A stretch of DNA of 29,333 nucleotides from assembly GCA_020343635.1 (NCBI GenBank), contig CP070804.1, positions 591,009 to 620,341 on the forward strand. Direction: 5' to 3'. Shown piece by piece: positions 16,043-24,921 of the stretch; the first letter of the stretch is position 1, and each line of letters begins with the position of its first letter. Both the position numbers and the translations under genes were made by a program. The notes under the pieces are model-generated. The model was given only the letters and a program-made list of their open reading frames with translations. It did no database searches and was not told where the DNA came from. The DNA comes from Candidatus Aenigmatarchaeota archaeon. Its GTDB lineage: Archaea; Aenigmatarchaeota; Aenigmatarchaeia; QMZP01; JAFGSV01.

Positions 16043-17759
16043 TATCATAAGGGTTACAGGTTCTGCCGTTGAGGCGGACGGCATGCGCGGAAACACGATG
16101 TACGAGATGGTCCACGTAGGCAGGGAAGGACTGCTTGGAGAGATAATCAGGCTGGAGGGAGACACGGCATTCATCCAGGTTTACGAGGAGACAGCAGGCC
16201 TGACTCCTGGCGAACCGGTCAGGGGAACAGGGAAGCCGCTTTCTGTAGAGCTCGGCCCCGGAATCCTCAGGTCCATTTACGACGGCATACAGAGGCCGCT
16301 CGAGATTATCAGGGGCGAGCACGGGGATTTCATTCTCAGGGGCATAACAGTGCCCTCCATTGACAAGAAGGTCAAGTGGCACTTCGTTCCCAGGGTGAAG
16401 AAAGGTGACGAGGTGAAGCACGGAGATGTACTGGGGACTGTACAGGAGACAAGGCTCATCGAGCACAGGATAATGGTTCCAAAGGGCATTGCCGGAAAGG
16501 TGCAGAAGATTGAGAAGGGAGGATTCAGGGTAGAAGACGCCGTGTGCGCCATCCAGTCAGGCGGCAAGGTCCATAAAGTGCCGATGATGCAGACATGGCC
16601 GATCAGGAAGCCCAGGCCCGTGGACGAGAAGCTGGGACCTGAGATACCGCTTCTCACAGGACAGAGGATATTCGACACCTTCTTCCCGCTTGCAAAGGGC
16701 GGGACATCAGCCATACCAGGGGGGTTCGGGACAGGCAAGACGGTTTCGCAGCACCAGCTTGCCAAGTGGTCGGACGCCAGCATCATAGTCTATGTTGGGT
16801 GCGGAGAGAGGGGAAACGAGATGACAGAGGTGCTGCAGGAGTTCCCGCATCTCAAGGATCCGAAATCGGGACTGCCTCTCATGGAGAGGACCACGATGAT
16901 CGCAAACACATCAAACATGCCCGTAGCAGCCCGAGAGGCGTCTATTTACACGGGTATCACGCTTGCAGAGTACTACAGGGACATGGGTTACGACGTAGCC
17001 TTAATGGCAGATTCCACGTCAAGATGGGCGGAGGCCATGAGGGAGATGTCGAGCAAGCTGGAGGAGATTCCCGGTGAGGAAGGGTATCCGGCCTATCTTG
17101 CTTCAAGACTGGCGGACTTCTACGAGAGATCCGGCAGGGTCAAGAACCTCAACGGCTCGACAGGAAGCATCAGCGTCATAGGCGCTGTTTCGCCCCCCGG
17201 CGGAGACTTCTCGGAGCCAGTCACGCAGAACACGCTGAAGGTTACCAGGGTTTTCTGGGCGCTCGATACCACGCTTGCTGACAGGAGACACTTCCCGTCC
17301 ATCAACTGGCTTACGTCATACTCGCTTTACACGAACAAGCTTGGCGACTGGTTCAGGGAGAACGTCAACAGAGAGTGGCCGCATCTCAGGGGAAAGGCTA
17401 TGTCTCTTTTGCAGAAGGAGTCAGAGCTCAGGGAGATAGTTCAGCTGGTAGGACCTGACGCGCTTCCTGTCTCAGAAAGGGTGATTCTGGAGGTCGCCAG
17501 GATGCTGAGAGAGGACTTCCTGCAGCAGAATGCATACCACAAGGTCGATTCATACTGCTCCGCCGACAAGCAGTTCAAGATGCTGCATATAATCTTAGAG
17601 TTCCACAAGTACGCCAACAAACTCATCAACTCAGGGAAGACGGTCAAGGAGATAATGGACATGGACATGGTAACGGAGATATCCAGGATGAAGCACCTGG
17701 CAGAGAAGGAGTTCAATCAGATGTACACCAGAACTATCGAAAAGATGAAGGGTGGCTGA
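16035..17759 (+). CDS. atpA: A-type ATP synthase subunit A (catalytic), no intein
   Basis: Walker A GGFGTGKT, '[12 protein letters not shown]', '[13 protein letters not shown]', '[11 protein letters not shown]', 'GEEGYPAYL', 'HFPSINW'. Confidence 0.97.
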   Translation: MGNIIRVTGSAVEADGMRGNTMYEMVHVGREGLLGEIIRLEGDTAFIQVYEETAGLTPGEPVRGTGKPLSVELGPGILRSIYDGIQRPLEIIRGEHGDFILRGITVPSIDKKVKWHFVPRVKKGDEVKHGDVLGTVQETRLIEHRIMVPKGIAGKVQKIEKGGFRVEDAVCAIQSGGKVHKVPMMQTWPIRKPRPVDEKLGPEIPLLTGQRIFDTFFPLAKGGTSAIPGGFGTGKTVSQHQLAKWSDASIIVYVGCGERGNEMTEVLQEFPHLKDPKSGLPLMERTTMIANTSNMPVAAREASIYTGITLAEYYRDMGYDVALMADSTSRWAEAMREMSSKLEEIPGEEGYPAYLASRLADFYERSGRVKNLNGSTGSISVIGAVSPPGGDFSEPVTQNTLKVTRVFWALDTTLADRRHFPSINWLTSYSLYTNKLGDWFRENVNREWPHLRGKAMSLLQKESELREIVQLVGPDALPVSERVILEVARMLREDFLQQNAYHKVDSYCSADKQFKMLHIILEFHKYANKLINSGKTVKEIMDMDMVTEISRMKHLAEKEFNQMYTRTIEKMKGG

Positions 17760-17761
17760 TA

Positions 17762-19135
17762 ATGGCGATAAAGGAATACAAGTCTGTGGAAAGGGTTTTC
17801 GGACCCCTTATAATCGTTGACAAGATAAGGGACGTCAGCTACAACGAGATGGTTGAGATAGAGACATCCGGCGGAGAGAGGAGATACGGACAGGTCCTTG
17901 ACGCGATGAAGGACAAAGCAGTGGTTCAGCTCTTCGAGGGCACTTCTGATCTTGACACCAAGGGAACGAAGGTCAAGTTCCTGGGCGACAGCATGAAGCT
18001 TGAAGTCGGAAAGGGAATGCTCGGAAGGATATTCAGCGGAGCCGGTAAGCCCATAGACAGGCTTGGAAAGCTGGTCCCAGAGGACAGGCTGGACATCAAC
18101 GGGGCCCCCATAAACCCGTCATCAAGGGAGTTCCCGCGGGAGTTCATACAGACCGGCATTTCCGCCATAGACGGCATGAACACCGTGGTGAGGGGGCAGA
18201 AGATACCGATTTTCTCCGCAGCAGGGTTGCCGCACAATGAACTTGCGGCACAGATAGCCAGGCAGGCCGCGGTGCTGAAGGGCAAGGAGAACTTCGCAGT
18301 TGTTTTCGCAGCCATAGGCATTACCGCAGAAGAGGCGAGATTCTTCAGGGAGGACTTCGAGAAGAGCGGGGCCATCGAGAGGATCGTCACGTTCCTCAAC
18401 CTTGCGGACGACCCGACGATAGAGAGGATAATAACACCAAGGTCAGCTCTGACGACGGCAGAGTTCCTGGCATTCAAGCACGACATGCACGTTCTTGTGA
18501 TACTTACGGACATGACCAACTACTGCGAGGCGCTGAGAGAGGTGTCCGCGGCCAGGGAGGAGATTCCCGGCCGGAGGGGATACCCGGGCTACATGTACAC
18601 AGACCTCGCGGTGAACTACGAGAGGGCAGGCAGGATAAAGGGCAAGAAGGGAAGCATAACCCAGTTGCCGATACTCACCATGCCCAGCGATGACATCACG
18701 CATCCTGTCCCGGACCTTACAGGATACATCACAGAGGGCCAGATCGTGCTTTCCAGGGAAATGCACAGGAAGGGGGTCTACCCGCCGATAGACGTCCTTC
18801 CCTCGCTCTCAAGGCTTATGCAGCAGGGCATAGGCAAGGAGAGAACCAGGGAGGATCATTCAGATGTTTCCAACCAGCTTTACTCCGGATACGCAGAGGG
18901 CAGGGACCTCAGGGACCTTGTCGCGGTCGTGGGTGAGGAAGCACTGGGCGAGAGGGAGAAGAAGTTCATAGAGTTCTCTGACAGGTTCGAGGGCGAATTC
19001 GTGAGCCAGGACAGGAAGGAGAACAGGACCATAAACGATACCCTTTCCATTGCCTGGGACATAATAAAAACTCTGGCTGAGAAGGACCTGAAGAGGATAG
19101 ATCCGGAGTTCATCAAGAAGTTCCTTAAGAAGTGA
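17762..19135 (+). CDS. atpB: A-type ATP synthase subunit B
   Basis: '[15 protein letters not shown]', '[12 protein letters not shown]', '[15 protein letters not shown]', '[16 protein letters not shown]'. Confidence 0.97.
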   Translation: MAIKEYKSVERVFGPLIIVDKIRDVSYNEMVEIETSGGERRYGQVLDAMKDKAVVQLFEGTSDLDTKGTKVKFLGDSMKLEVGKGMLGRIFSGAGKPIDRLGKLVPEDRLDINGAPINPSSREFPREFIQTGISAIDGMNTVVRGQKIPIFSAAGLPHNELAAQIARQAAVLKGKENFAVVFAAIGITAEEARFFREDFEKSGAIERIVTFLNLADDPTIERIITPRSALTTAEFLAFKHDMHVLVILTDMTNYCEALREVSAAREEIPGRRGYPGYMYTDLAVNYERAGRIKGKKGSITQLPILTMPSDDITHPVPDLTGYITEGQIVLSREMHRKGVYPPIDVLPSLSRLMQQGIGKERTREDHSDVSNQLYSGYAEGRDLRDLVAVVGEEALGEREKKFIEFSDRFEGEFVSQDRKENRTINDTLSIAWDIIKTLAEKDLKRIDPEFIKKFLKK

Positions 19136-19140
19136 TCACC

Positions 19141-19761
19141 ATGCCTAAGCTCATCGAGGGGATTCATCCGACGAGGATGAACCTGATAAAGTTAAAGAAG
19201 AGAATAACCCTTGCCATAAGGGGGCACCAGCTTCTCAGCGAAAAGCTCGATACGCTCATGTCTGAATTCTTCAAGGTCATGGAACAGGCCAGGGGGATAA
19301 GGCAGGAGCTGGACGAATCCCTCGCCAAGGGGCGCCGGAACCTCGCAATTGCGAAGGCCATGTCCCCCTTCGGTGAGATAGAGTCCGCCGCTTCTTCTGT
19401 TGGTTCCGGCGGCGACATTCAGCTCGAGATACGGAACCTCATGGGCGTGAGGATACCCGAGATAAGCGCCCCCGAAGCTGACATCAAAATGCCCTACGGT
19501 TTAACCTTCACCTCATCAAAGCTTGACGAGGCTGCCAGGGACTTCGGCGAGGCGTTCAAGAAGATGCTGGTGCTCATAGAGAGCGAGGAGTCGCTGCGCA
19601 GGATAGGCGAGGAGATAACCAAAATTAAGCGCAGGACGAACGCCCTGGAGTACGTTCTCATCCCCAATCTCAAGCACACCCAGAACTACATCCGTTTCAT
19701 GCTGGAAGAGCTTGAGAGAGAAAACTTTTTTAGACTGAAGATAATAAAGAAGAAGCGGTGA
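19141..19761 (+). CDS. atpD: A-type ATP synthase subunit D
   Basis: 'HPTRMNLIKLKKR..LA.RGH.LL..K.D.L' and 'TKIKRRTNALE.VLIP'. ATG 19141 is preceded by GTGAT (the track starts at GTG 19132). Confidence 0.95.
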   Translation: MPKLIEGIHPTRMNLIKLKKRITLAIRGHQLLSEKLDTLMSEFFKVMEQARGIRQELDESLAKGRRNLAIAKAMSPFGEIESAASSVGSGGDIQLEIRNLMGVRIPEISAPEADIKMPYGLTFTSSKLDEAARDFGEAFKKMLVLIESEESLRRIGEEITKIKRRTNALEYVLIPNLKHTQNYIRFMLEELERENFFRLKIIKKKR

Positions 19762-19765
19762 TATT

Positions 19766-20053
19766 ATGTACGCGAGCCAGTGGGTACTGAAGAAACTGAA
19801 GGAACTTCTCGGCGATGCCGGCAACAACACGAAGGAGATAGAATCCATCTTCAAGAAGTACCCTGACGACTTCAGCCTCCAGAGTGTCAGCACGATGTTT
19901 ACTGACTACTCAAACAAGCCGGCCAAGGCCAAGCTCGATTCCATGCACAGCAAGATCGATGAGATAATCAACACGAGAAAGTTCGAGTCCTCGGGCGGAA
20001 CCAGGCTGTGGTTCGGAGACAGAAGAAAGCGCGGCTCCCAGACGACCAGGTGA
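19766..20053 (+). CDS. Hypothetical protein, 95 aa, directly after atpD
   Basis: Starts 4 nt after the atpD stop, has host-like GC3 codon use, and is followed by a T-rich tract. No recognised motif. Confidence 0.7.
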   Translation: MYASQWVLKKLKELLGDAGNNTKEIESIFKKYPDDFSLQSVSTMFTDYSNKPAKAKLDSMHSKIDEIINTRKFESSGGTRLWFGDRRKRGSQTTR

Positions 20054-20152
20054 TTAATCAATGCCTTTCAAACTCTTTTTAAACTTATTGTATATATCTA
20101 TATAATATATATATTTATATAACATTATTACAATTATTATCGGGGAAAGCAT

Positions 20153-20482
20153 ATGACAAATGAAGGCGGAGTACTAGTTAGAGGTAGAGATGAACATGAA
20201 GGATGCGGCTTCGAGGAAATCAGAAGAGAAGTTATCCATTTTCCCAGCCTTAAGACTGTCCTTATGGTTGAAAAAACAATTGAAAAGGCCGGCGAATTCA
20301 AGAATAAAAGACAACTCTGGACGTCTCTTCCAAAGAAAATTATGTATCAGACACTCCTTACTATACTTGACTACCTCGAATATTCTCATAAGATTCTTAT
20401 CGATAAAGATGGGAGCATCGTATGGATTTGGAATCCAAAACTCATAGAGAGAGTCATAAGGAGTGGTACGAGGCCATTATGA
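20153..20482 (+). CDS. Winged-helix-like protein, probable antitoxin
   Basis: 'HFPSLKTVLMVEKTI..AGEF.NKRQLW.SLPKK.MYQTL..ILDYLE.S.KILIDKDG.IVWIWNP' reads as helices plus a beta wing; ATGA overlap with the RelE-like gene. Confidence 0.65.
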   Translation: MTNEGGVLVRGRDEHEGCGFEEIRREVIHFPSLKTVLMVEKTIEKAGEFKNKRQLWTSLPKKIMYQTLLTILDYLEYSHKILIDKDGSIVWIWNPKLIERVIRSGTRPL

Positions 20483-20802
20483 CATACGAAGTTAGGTTCA
20501 TCACTAAGGATTTGGAAAAAGCATACGATTCTCTGAAAAAGATTGACCCTGTTCTTCACAAGTCTATAACAAAGGCTATTGATAAGCTTAAAGTTAACAG
20601 AAGGGCAGGACAGAAGATTCCTAAAGAGCAGGTATCTAAGACATATTCCAAACTTTATGGTACAGAACATTTTTGGAAATTAAAACTAAGCCGTGAATGG
20701 AGACTCATTTATACTATAGCCGGTGACCAAATACGAATTCTGACTATCATACTAAACTGGTACACCGATCACAAGCAATACAGGAAGGAAGTTTACAAAT
20801 AA
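20479..20802 (+). CDS. RelE/ParE-superfamily toxin-like protein, 107 aa
   Basis: From ATG 20479: 'MTYEVRFITK..EKAY..L......KSITKAIDKLK.N..AG......FWKLKLSREWRLIYTI..D.IRIL.I' fits the RelE fold pattern. AT-rich. Confidence 0.75.
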   Translation: MTYEVRFITKDLEKAYDSLKKIDPVLHKSITKAIDKLKVNRRAGQKIPKEQVSKTYSKLYGTEHFWKLKLSREWRLIYTIAGDQIRILTIILNWYTDHKQYRKEVYK

Positions 20803-21192
20803 TTACTTCTTGGCTTCTATAAGAACGGCATTGGCTATGCCCTGCTGTCCCGGTCTCGAGGTTACCCTGGCAAGGCCTGCCTCGGTCTCCACGACCGCGC
20901 CCTTTGTGACTATGTTTCGCCTTATGTAGTGCACGTTGGCCTTGTTATCCTTGACTGAAAGAACCTTCACCCTGGTTATCTTCCCGGTCTTGGGGTCAGC
21001 GACGTTGATCTTCTCCACCGCAGAAAGCTTGAGCTTTATCTTTCCGCCTTCCACCCGTTTCCGGGACACCTGCCTGGCGCCCACTCTGGTTTCTATTGGA
21101 AGGTTTCCCCTGTCAACCCTTCTCTTCTTCCTCGCCTTGTGGAGCCTTCCTCCTGAAGGCTTCCTTTTCGATCTCAGATGCCACAGCGCCAT
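20803..21192 (-). CDS. rps8e: 30S ribosomal protein S8e
   Basis: 'RSKRKPSGG', 'V.DNKAN..Y.RRNIVTKGAVVETEAG.ARVTSRPGQ.G..NAVL'. Confidence 0.97.
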   Translation of the reverse strand: MALWHLRSKRKPSGGRLHKARKKRRVDRGNLPIETRVGARQVSRKRVEGGKIKLKLSAVEKINVADPKTGKITRVKVLSVKDNKANVHYIRRNIVTKGAVVETEAGLARVTSRPGQQGIANAVLIEAKK

Positions 21193-21302
21193 AGAATCAC
21201 TTCACTTATATTGGGTGATATCTTTATATATATTTTCATAAAATTAATATAGACCAAGCGAGGACGGTGTCGCTTGATTTTAAAAAAAGGAAAGGTGATT
21301 CG

Positions 21303-21521
21303 ATGCAGAGACCTTTGGACGTACTAGGAAGTTCGCAGGATAAGAAGGTTATCATACAGCTGAAGTCAGGATCGAAGATCACGGGCACCTTAAGAGCCTT
21401 TGATTCCCACATCAATTTGTGGCTTGATGACGCCAGTTTAGAGGACAAGGAGAATACGCTGAAGCTAGGAAAAGTCCTCGTTAGGGGAGATAACATCGTG
21501 CTTATTTCGCCCGAGAAATAA
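21303..21521 (+). CDS. Sm-like archaeal protein (SmAP1/Lsm)
   Basis: 'MQRPLDVL', Sm1 'LKSG..I.G.L.AFD.H.NL.L', Sm2 'VLVRGDNIVLISP'. ATG 21303 has a GGTGAT SD; linkage with L37e is conserved in archaea. Confidence 0.95.
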   Translation: MQRPLDVLGSSQDKKVIIQLKSGSKITGTLRAFDSHINLWLDDASLEDKENTLKLGKVLVRGDNIVLISPEK

Positions 21522-21533
21522 CGGAGCTGAACC

Positions 21534-21719
21534 ATGGTAAAGGGAACGCCTTCTTTCGGTAAGAGAAACAAGCGGGTCCACATAGCCTGCAGAAGGTGCG
21601 GACAGCGCAGCTACCATGTCAGGGACAAGGTCTGCGCCGCATGCGGCTACGGAAAAAGCAGCAGGATGAAGAAGTTCTCTTGGCAGTGGAAGACGTTCAC
21701 GGGCGCAAGAAGAAAGTGA
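21534..21719 (+). CDS. rpl37e: 50S ribosomal protein L37e
   Basis: '[22 protein letters not shown]....CAACGYG'. Confidence 0.97.
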   Translation: MVKGTPSFGKRNKRVHIACRRCGQRSYHVRDKVCAACGYGKSSRMKKFSWQWKTFTGARRK

Positions 21720-21772
21720 GTGAGCACCCGGCTAAGTTTTATTAAACTTAAATTATCTATATGCATTGAAGT

Positions 21773-21884
21773 GGGCCTGTAGCTCAGTCTGTTCAGAGCA
21801 CCCGGCTCTTAACCAAGCTTTCAGAAAAAGCTTGAGCAAAAGGGAGCAACCGGGGCGTCGCGGGTTCGAATCCCTCCAGGCCCA
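21773..21884 (+). tRNA. tRNA-Lys(CUU) with an intron at position 37/38; CCA not encoded
   Basis: Acceptor GGGCCTG/CAGGCCC, D stem GCTC/GAGC, anticodon stem CCCGG/CCGGG, anticodon CTT at 21808-21810, T loop TTCGAAT, discriminator A at 21884. Confidence 0.92.
21812..21848 (+). other. 37-nt tRNA intron with a relaxed bulge-helix-bulge motif
   Basis: Central helix CUCU/GGAG, 3-nt bulges UA^A and CA^A, internal hairpin CAAGCTTT/AAAGCTTG. Confidence 0.85.
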
Positions 21885-21923
21885 TACTATCACTTTTTAT
21901 TATTTTCTATCAATAATCAACAC

Positions 21924-22982
21924 ATGCCTTACACAGCAAGAAATCCTGATATTGTTTTGACGAATGACGACATTTTCGGTTATATGCTGGCCGAAGCACT
22001 TGACACTAAAATTGCTCCATTCAGGAGGGAATATCACCCGGATGGTGCACCTGCTCCAAGGATAGACCTTAATCACACACTTACAGATTATACAGATTTT
22101 AAACAAAGAAAGATTCTTACTTCATATAGAAGAAGACAACTTCCAGACAGGGATGCAGTAGCAAGACATCTTACAAACTATCCAAGGATTATATATAATC
22201 TGACGAATCCAGATACATTTGATGCTGAACAGGTTGATGTTCTTTGGCCTTATTGGATCAACGCAAGAGCTGACCATAATCCCAAACATGATAAAGACCC
22301 GTCTGTTAGAAGACGTGATGCTGGGAGGGGTATGGAGTATTTGTTCGATGCCCTAATGTTCAAAGCTGCAGGTGCTAATAGATTACTTACTTTTCATCCA
22401 CATTTCCATAGGGAACCTGGAGTAATAGACGTAGAAGGACTTGAGGTAGTATGTCTTGATGCGGTACCATCTATGGTTCGTTATGCAAGGGATGAGATAG
22501 GCATAAGTGATGATTGCCTTGTTCTGAATCCAGACATGAAACCAGCTAAAGAAGGTAAATATGACATAGCATTAGAATTCGCCAGAACTGCAGATCTAGA
22601 AATAGATCATCTTACGAAACAAAGATTGGACTCCGATGCTACAGATACCAAGGGATATATTGATGCGCAGGGAAGAGATGCAGCCATTGTGGATGATATA
22701 TTCGCTACTTTTGCAACAGTAAAGGGATCAGTCCAGAATATACATAACGTAAATAGGATATATGTAATAGGTGTCCATCCAGTACTCCCTCGTGATGGTC
22801 ATTCTACTGCAAGGGCCCTGATTTCAAGCGATGAATATCCTGTCGTCGATGTAGTGGGCACACATACTGTAGATTCTGACTTTTCAAGAATACCAGTACA
22901 TGATGAGGTAAGAAAGTTCTACAGAGGTGAGCTTGATTACATTGATGGACTCTCTGATGACTTCCCTGACATAGACGTATAA
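21924..22982 (+). CDS. Divergent ribose-phosphate pyrophosphokinase (PRS)-like protein
   Basis: Recognisable but altered PRS motifs: HPDGA (cf. FxDGE), PYWINARADH (cf. PYxxYxRQD), HPH (cf. DxH), NPDM, KQR, IVDDIFATFAT (cf. vDDxxxTGGT), GVHPV, GTHTV. More AT-rich than neighbours. Confidence 0.75.
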   Translation: MPYTARNPDIVLTNDDIFGYMLAEALDTKIAPFRREYHPDGAPAPRIDLNHTLTDYTDFKQRKILTSYRRRQLPDRDAVARHLTNYPRIIYNLTNPDTFDAEQVDVLWPYWINARADHNPKHDKDPSVRRRDAGRGMEYLFDALMFKAAGANRLLTFHPHFHREPGVIDVEGLEVVCLDAVPSMVRYARDEIGISDDCLVLNPDMKPAKEGKYDIALEFARTADLEIDHLTKQRLDSDATDTKGYIDAQGRDAAIVDDIFATFATVKGSVQNIHNVNRIYVIGVHPVLPRDGHSTARALISSDEYPVVDVVGTHTVDSDFSRIPVHDEVRKFYRGELDYIDGLSDDFPDIDV

Positions 22983-23015
22983 AAACAAATAAATCCCGCC
23001 TGTCCAATTATAACT

Positions 23016-24872
23016 ATGAAACTCGATTACAGGAAGCTGGGACTCAGATGCGGCATGGAGATACACCAGCAGCTGGATACTGCCAAAAAGCTGTTCTGCG
23101 CGTGTCCAGCGCGCTTTTCTGCGAGCGAACACTGCTGCGAGATGAAGAGGAAGATGCACGCGGTCACAGGAGAGATGGGAAAGATAGACGAGGCCGCGAT
23201 GCACGAGTTCATGCGCGACCGGGAGTTCCTCTACAGGATATATCACAGCGAGAACTGCCTCGTGGAGACGGACAGCGAGCCCCCGCATTCCCTGAACATG
23301 GAGGCGCTTATTACGACACTGAAGGCCGCCCTGATGCTGAACTGCGAGATACCGGACGAGGTCCACGTGATGAGGAAGACAGTCATAGACGGCTCGAACA
23401 CGGGCGGCTTCCAGAGGACACTTATAGCAGGGCTGAACGGAAGGCTCAAAGCGGGTAACTGTCAGGTCGGTATCACCAATGTCTGCCTCGAGGAGGATTC
23501 AGCGCAGATACTCGAGAAAGGCAGGGACATGACCGTTTACGGGCTTGACAGGCTCGGAATACCGCTGATAGAGATAGGTACGACCCCCGACATACATACG
23601 CCAGATGACGCGAAATACATAGCTGAGAAGATAGGCATGCTGCTGCGTTCCACTGGGAAGGCCAAGAGGGGCATCGGCACGATACGCCAGGACATAAACG
23701 TCTCCATAGCGGGAGGCGCAAGGATAGAGATAAAGGGTGCACAGGAACTGAGGCTCATACCCAAGCTCGTTCAGAACGAGGTGATGAGGCAGCTTTCCAT
23801 TCTGGAGATCGGGCGGGTGCTGAAGAAGAGGGGATTCAGGAAGGTCGTTTCGAAGATAAAGAACGTCGCAACCCTGTTCAGAAAGACTGAGAACAAGATC
23901 ATGAAAGGCAAACAGGTCTTTGCCATACTAGTCCCCGGATTTGAAGGAATGCTCGCAAGGAAGATCACAGACACCCGGACATTGGGTAACGAGATAGCGA
24001 ACTACGTAAAAGTGAAGGCGGGCATCCCTGGCATAATACACTCTGATGAGAACCTGCAGAAGTACAGACTTGATAACGAGTTCATCGAGATAGGAAAGAA
24101 ACTTGGTGCAAAAAAGGGCGACACCGTCATAATCATGGCTGCCGAAAAGGATCTCGCGAAGGAGACGGCAGGTGCGATAGAGGAGAGGATAAACCAGTTC
24201 ATGGAAGGAGTTCCCAGGGAGGTCAGGAGGGCGCTCGATAACGGGGACACGGAATACATGAGGCCCATGCCCGGGGCGGAGAGGATGTACCCGGAGACGG
24301 ACGTAACTTCCATCAGGATATCGTCAGGCATGCTGTCCGAGATAAGGGAAGACCTTCCCGAGATTTGGGACAACCGGATAAAGCGCATAGCTAAGTCCTA
24401 TTCCATTTCACATGAGATGTCCAGACAGCTCGTGCAGGCAGGTCACGATGAAGTCTTCGAAAGGCTAAGTAAGAAGTTCGACCCGAAGCTCGTGTCCAAC
24501 GTGCTTCTTTCGAGTTTCAGGGAGATGGAAAAGGAAGGGCTTGACACGCGGGTAATCACGGAGAAGCACCTTTCTGACATATTCGGACTCGTCGTAAAGA
24601 AGGCCATTGCAAAGGAGGCGCTGTCTGCCATGCTAAGGAAGGTCGTCAAGAGCCCGGCTAAGTCCTTGCAAGAGCTGGCAGGGACCGTCAAGTCACTGGA
24701 TGTACCCGATCTGGAGAAGCTTATAGTGAAAGTAATAGAATCAAAGAAGGAACTTCTGAAGAACCCCAGGAGGGAGAAGGTGTACATGGGGCTTGTCATG
24801 AAGGAAGTCCGCGGGGAAGTTGACGGCAAGACGGTCATGGAGACCCTGGTCAGGGTACTGAAGAAATACTAA
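23016..24872 (+). CDS. gatE: Glu-tRNA(Gln) amidotransferase subunit E
   Basis: 'GLRCGMEIHQQL..KLFC.CP', 'RKTVIDGSNTGGFQRT', 'CLEEDSA', 'LDRLGIPLIEIGT', 'RGIGTIRQDINVSI', 'RPMPGAERMYPETD'. Confidence 0.96.
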   Translation: MKLDYRKLGLRCGMEIHQQLDTAKKLFCACPARFSASEHCCEMKRKMHAVTGEMGKIDEAAMHEFMRDREFLYRIYHSENCLVETDSEPPHSLNMEALITTLKAALMLNCEIPDEVHVMRKTVIDGSNTGGFQRTLIAGLNGRLKAGNCQVGITNVCLEEDSAQILEKGRDMTVYGLDRLGIPLIEIGTTPDIHTPDDAKYIAEKIGMLLRSTGKAKRGIGTIRQDINVSIAGGARIEIKGAQELRLIPKLVQNEVMRQLSILEIGRVLKKRGFRKVVSKIKNVATLFRKTENKIMKGKQVFAILVPGFEGMLARKITDTRTLGNEIANYVKVKAGIPGIIHSDENLQKYRLDNEFIEIGKKLGAKKGDTVIIMAAEKDLAKETAGAIEERINQFMEGVPREVRRALDNGDTEYMRPMPGAERMYPETDVTSIRISSGMLSEIREDLPEIWDNRIKRIAKSYSISHEMSRQLVQAGHDEVFERLSKKFDPKLVSNVLLSSFREMEKEGLDTRVITEKHLSDIFGLVVKKAIAKEALSAMLRKVVKSPAKSLQELAGTVKSLDVPDLEKLIVKVIESKKELLKNPRREKVYMGLVMKEVRGEVDGKTVMETLVRVLKKY

Positions 24873-24921
24873 CCATAACGGACGAAAGTCTTATAAAATA
24901 AACAGACAAAAAATATTCGGT

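Noticed and set aside
16035-17759. Intein in atpA
   Set aside because: Length is normal (574 aa) and the sequence after Walker A is continuous.
21267-21302. N-terminal extension of the Sm protein given by the ORF track
   Set aside because: ATG 21303 has a GGTGAT SD and gives the canonical MQRPLDVL start.
21722-21884. Split or permuted tRNA
   Set aside because: The tRNA is complete and colinear; the upstream 12-mer is a direct repeat, not a complementary leader.
21885-23015. Intact provirus or integrative element at tRNA-Lys
   Set aside because: No integrase, replication or virion genes; only one gene and a weak repeat.
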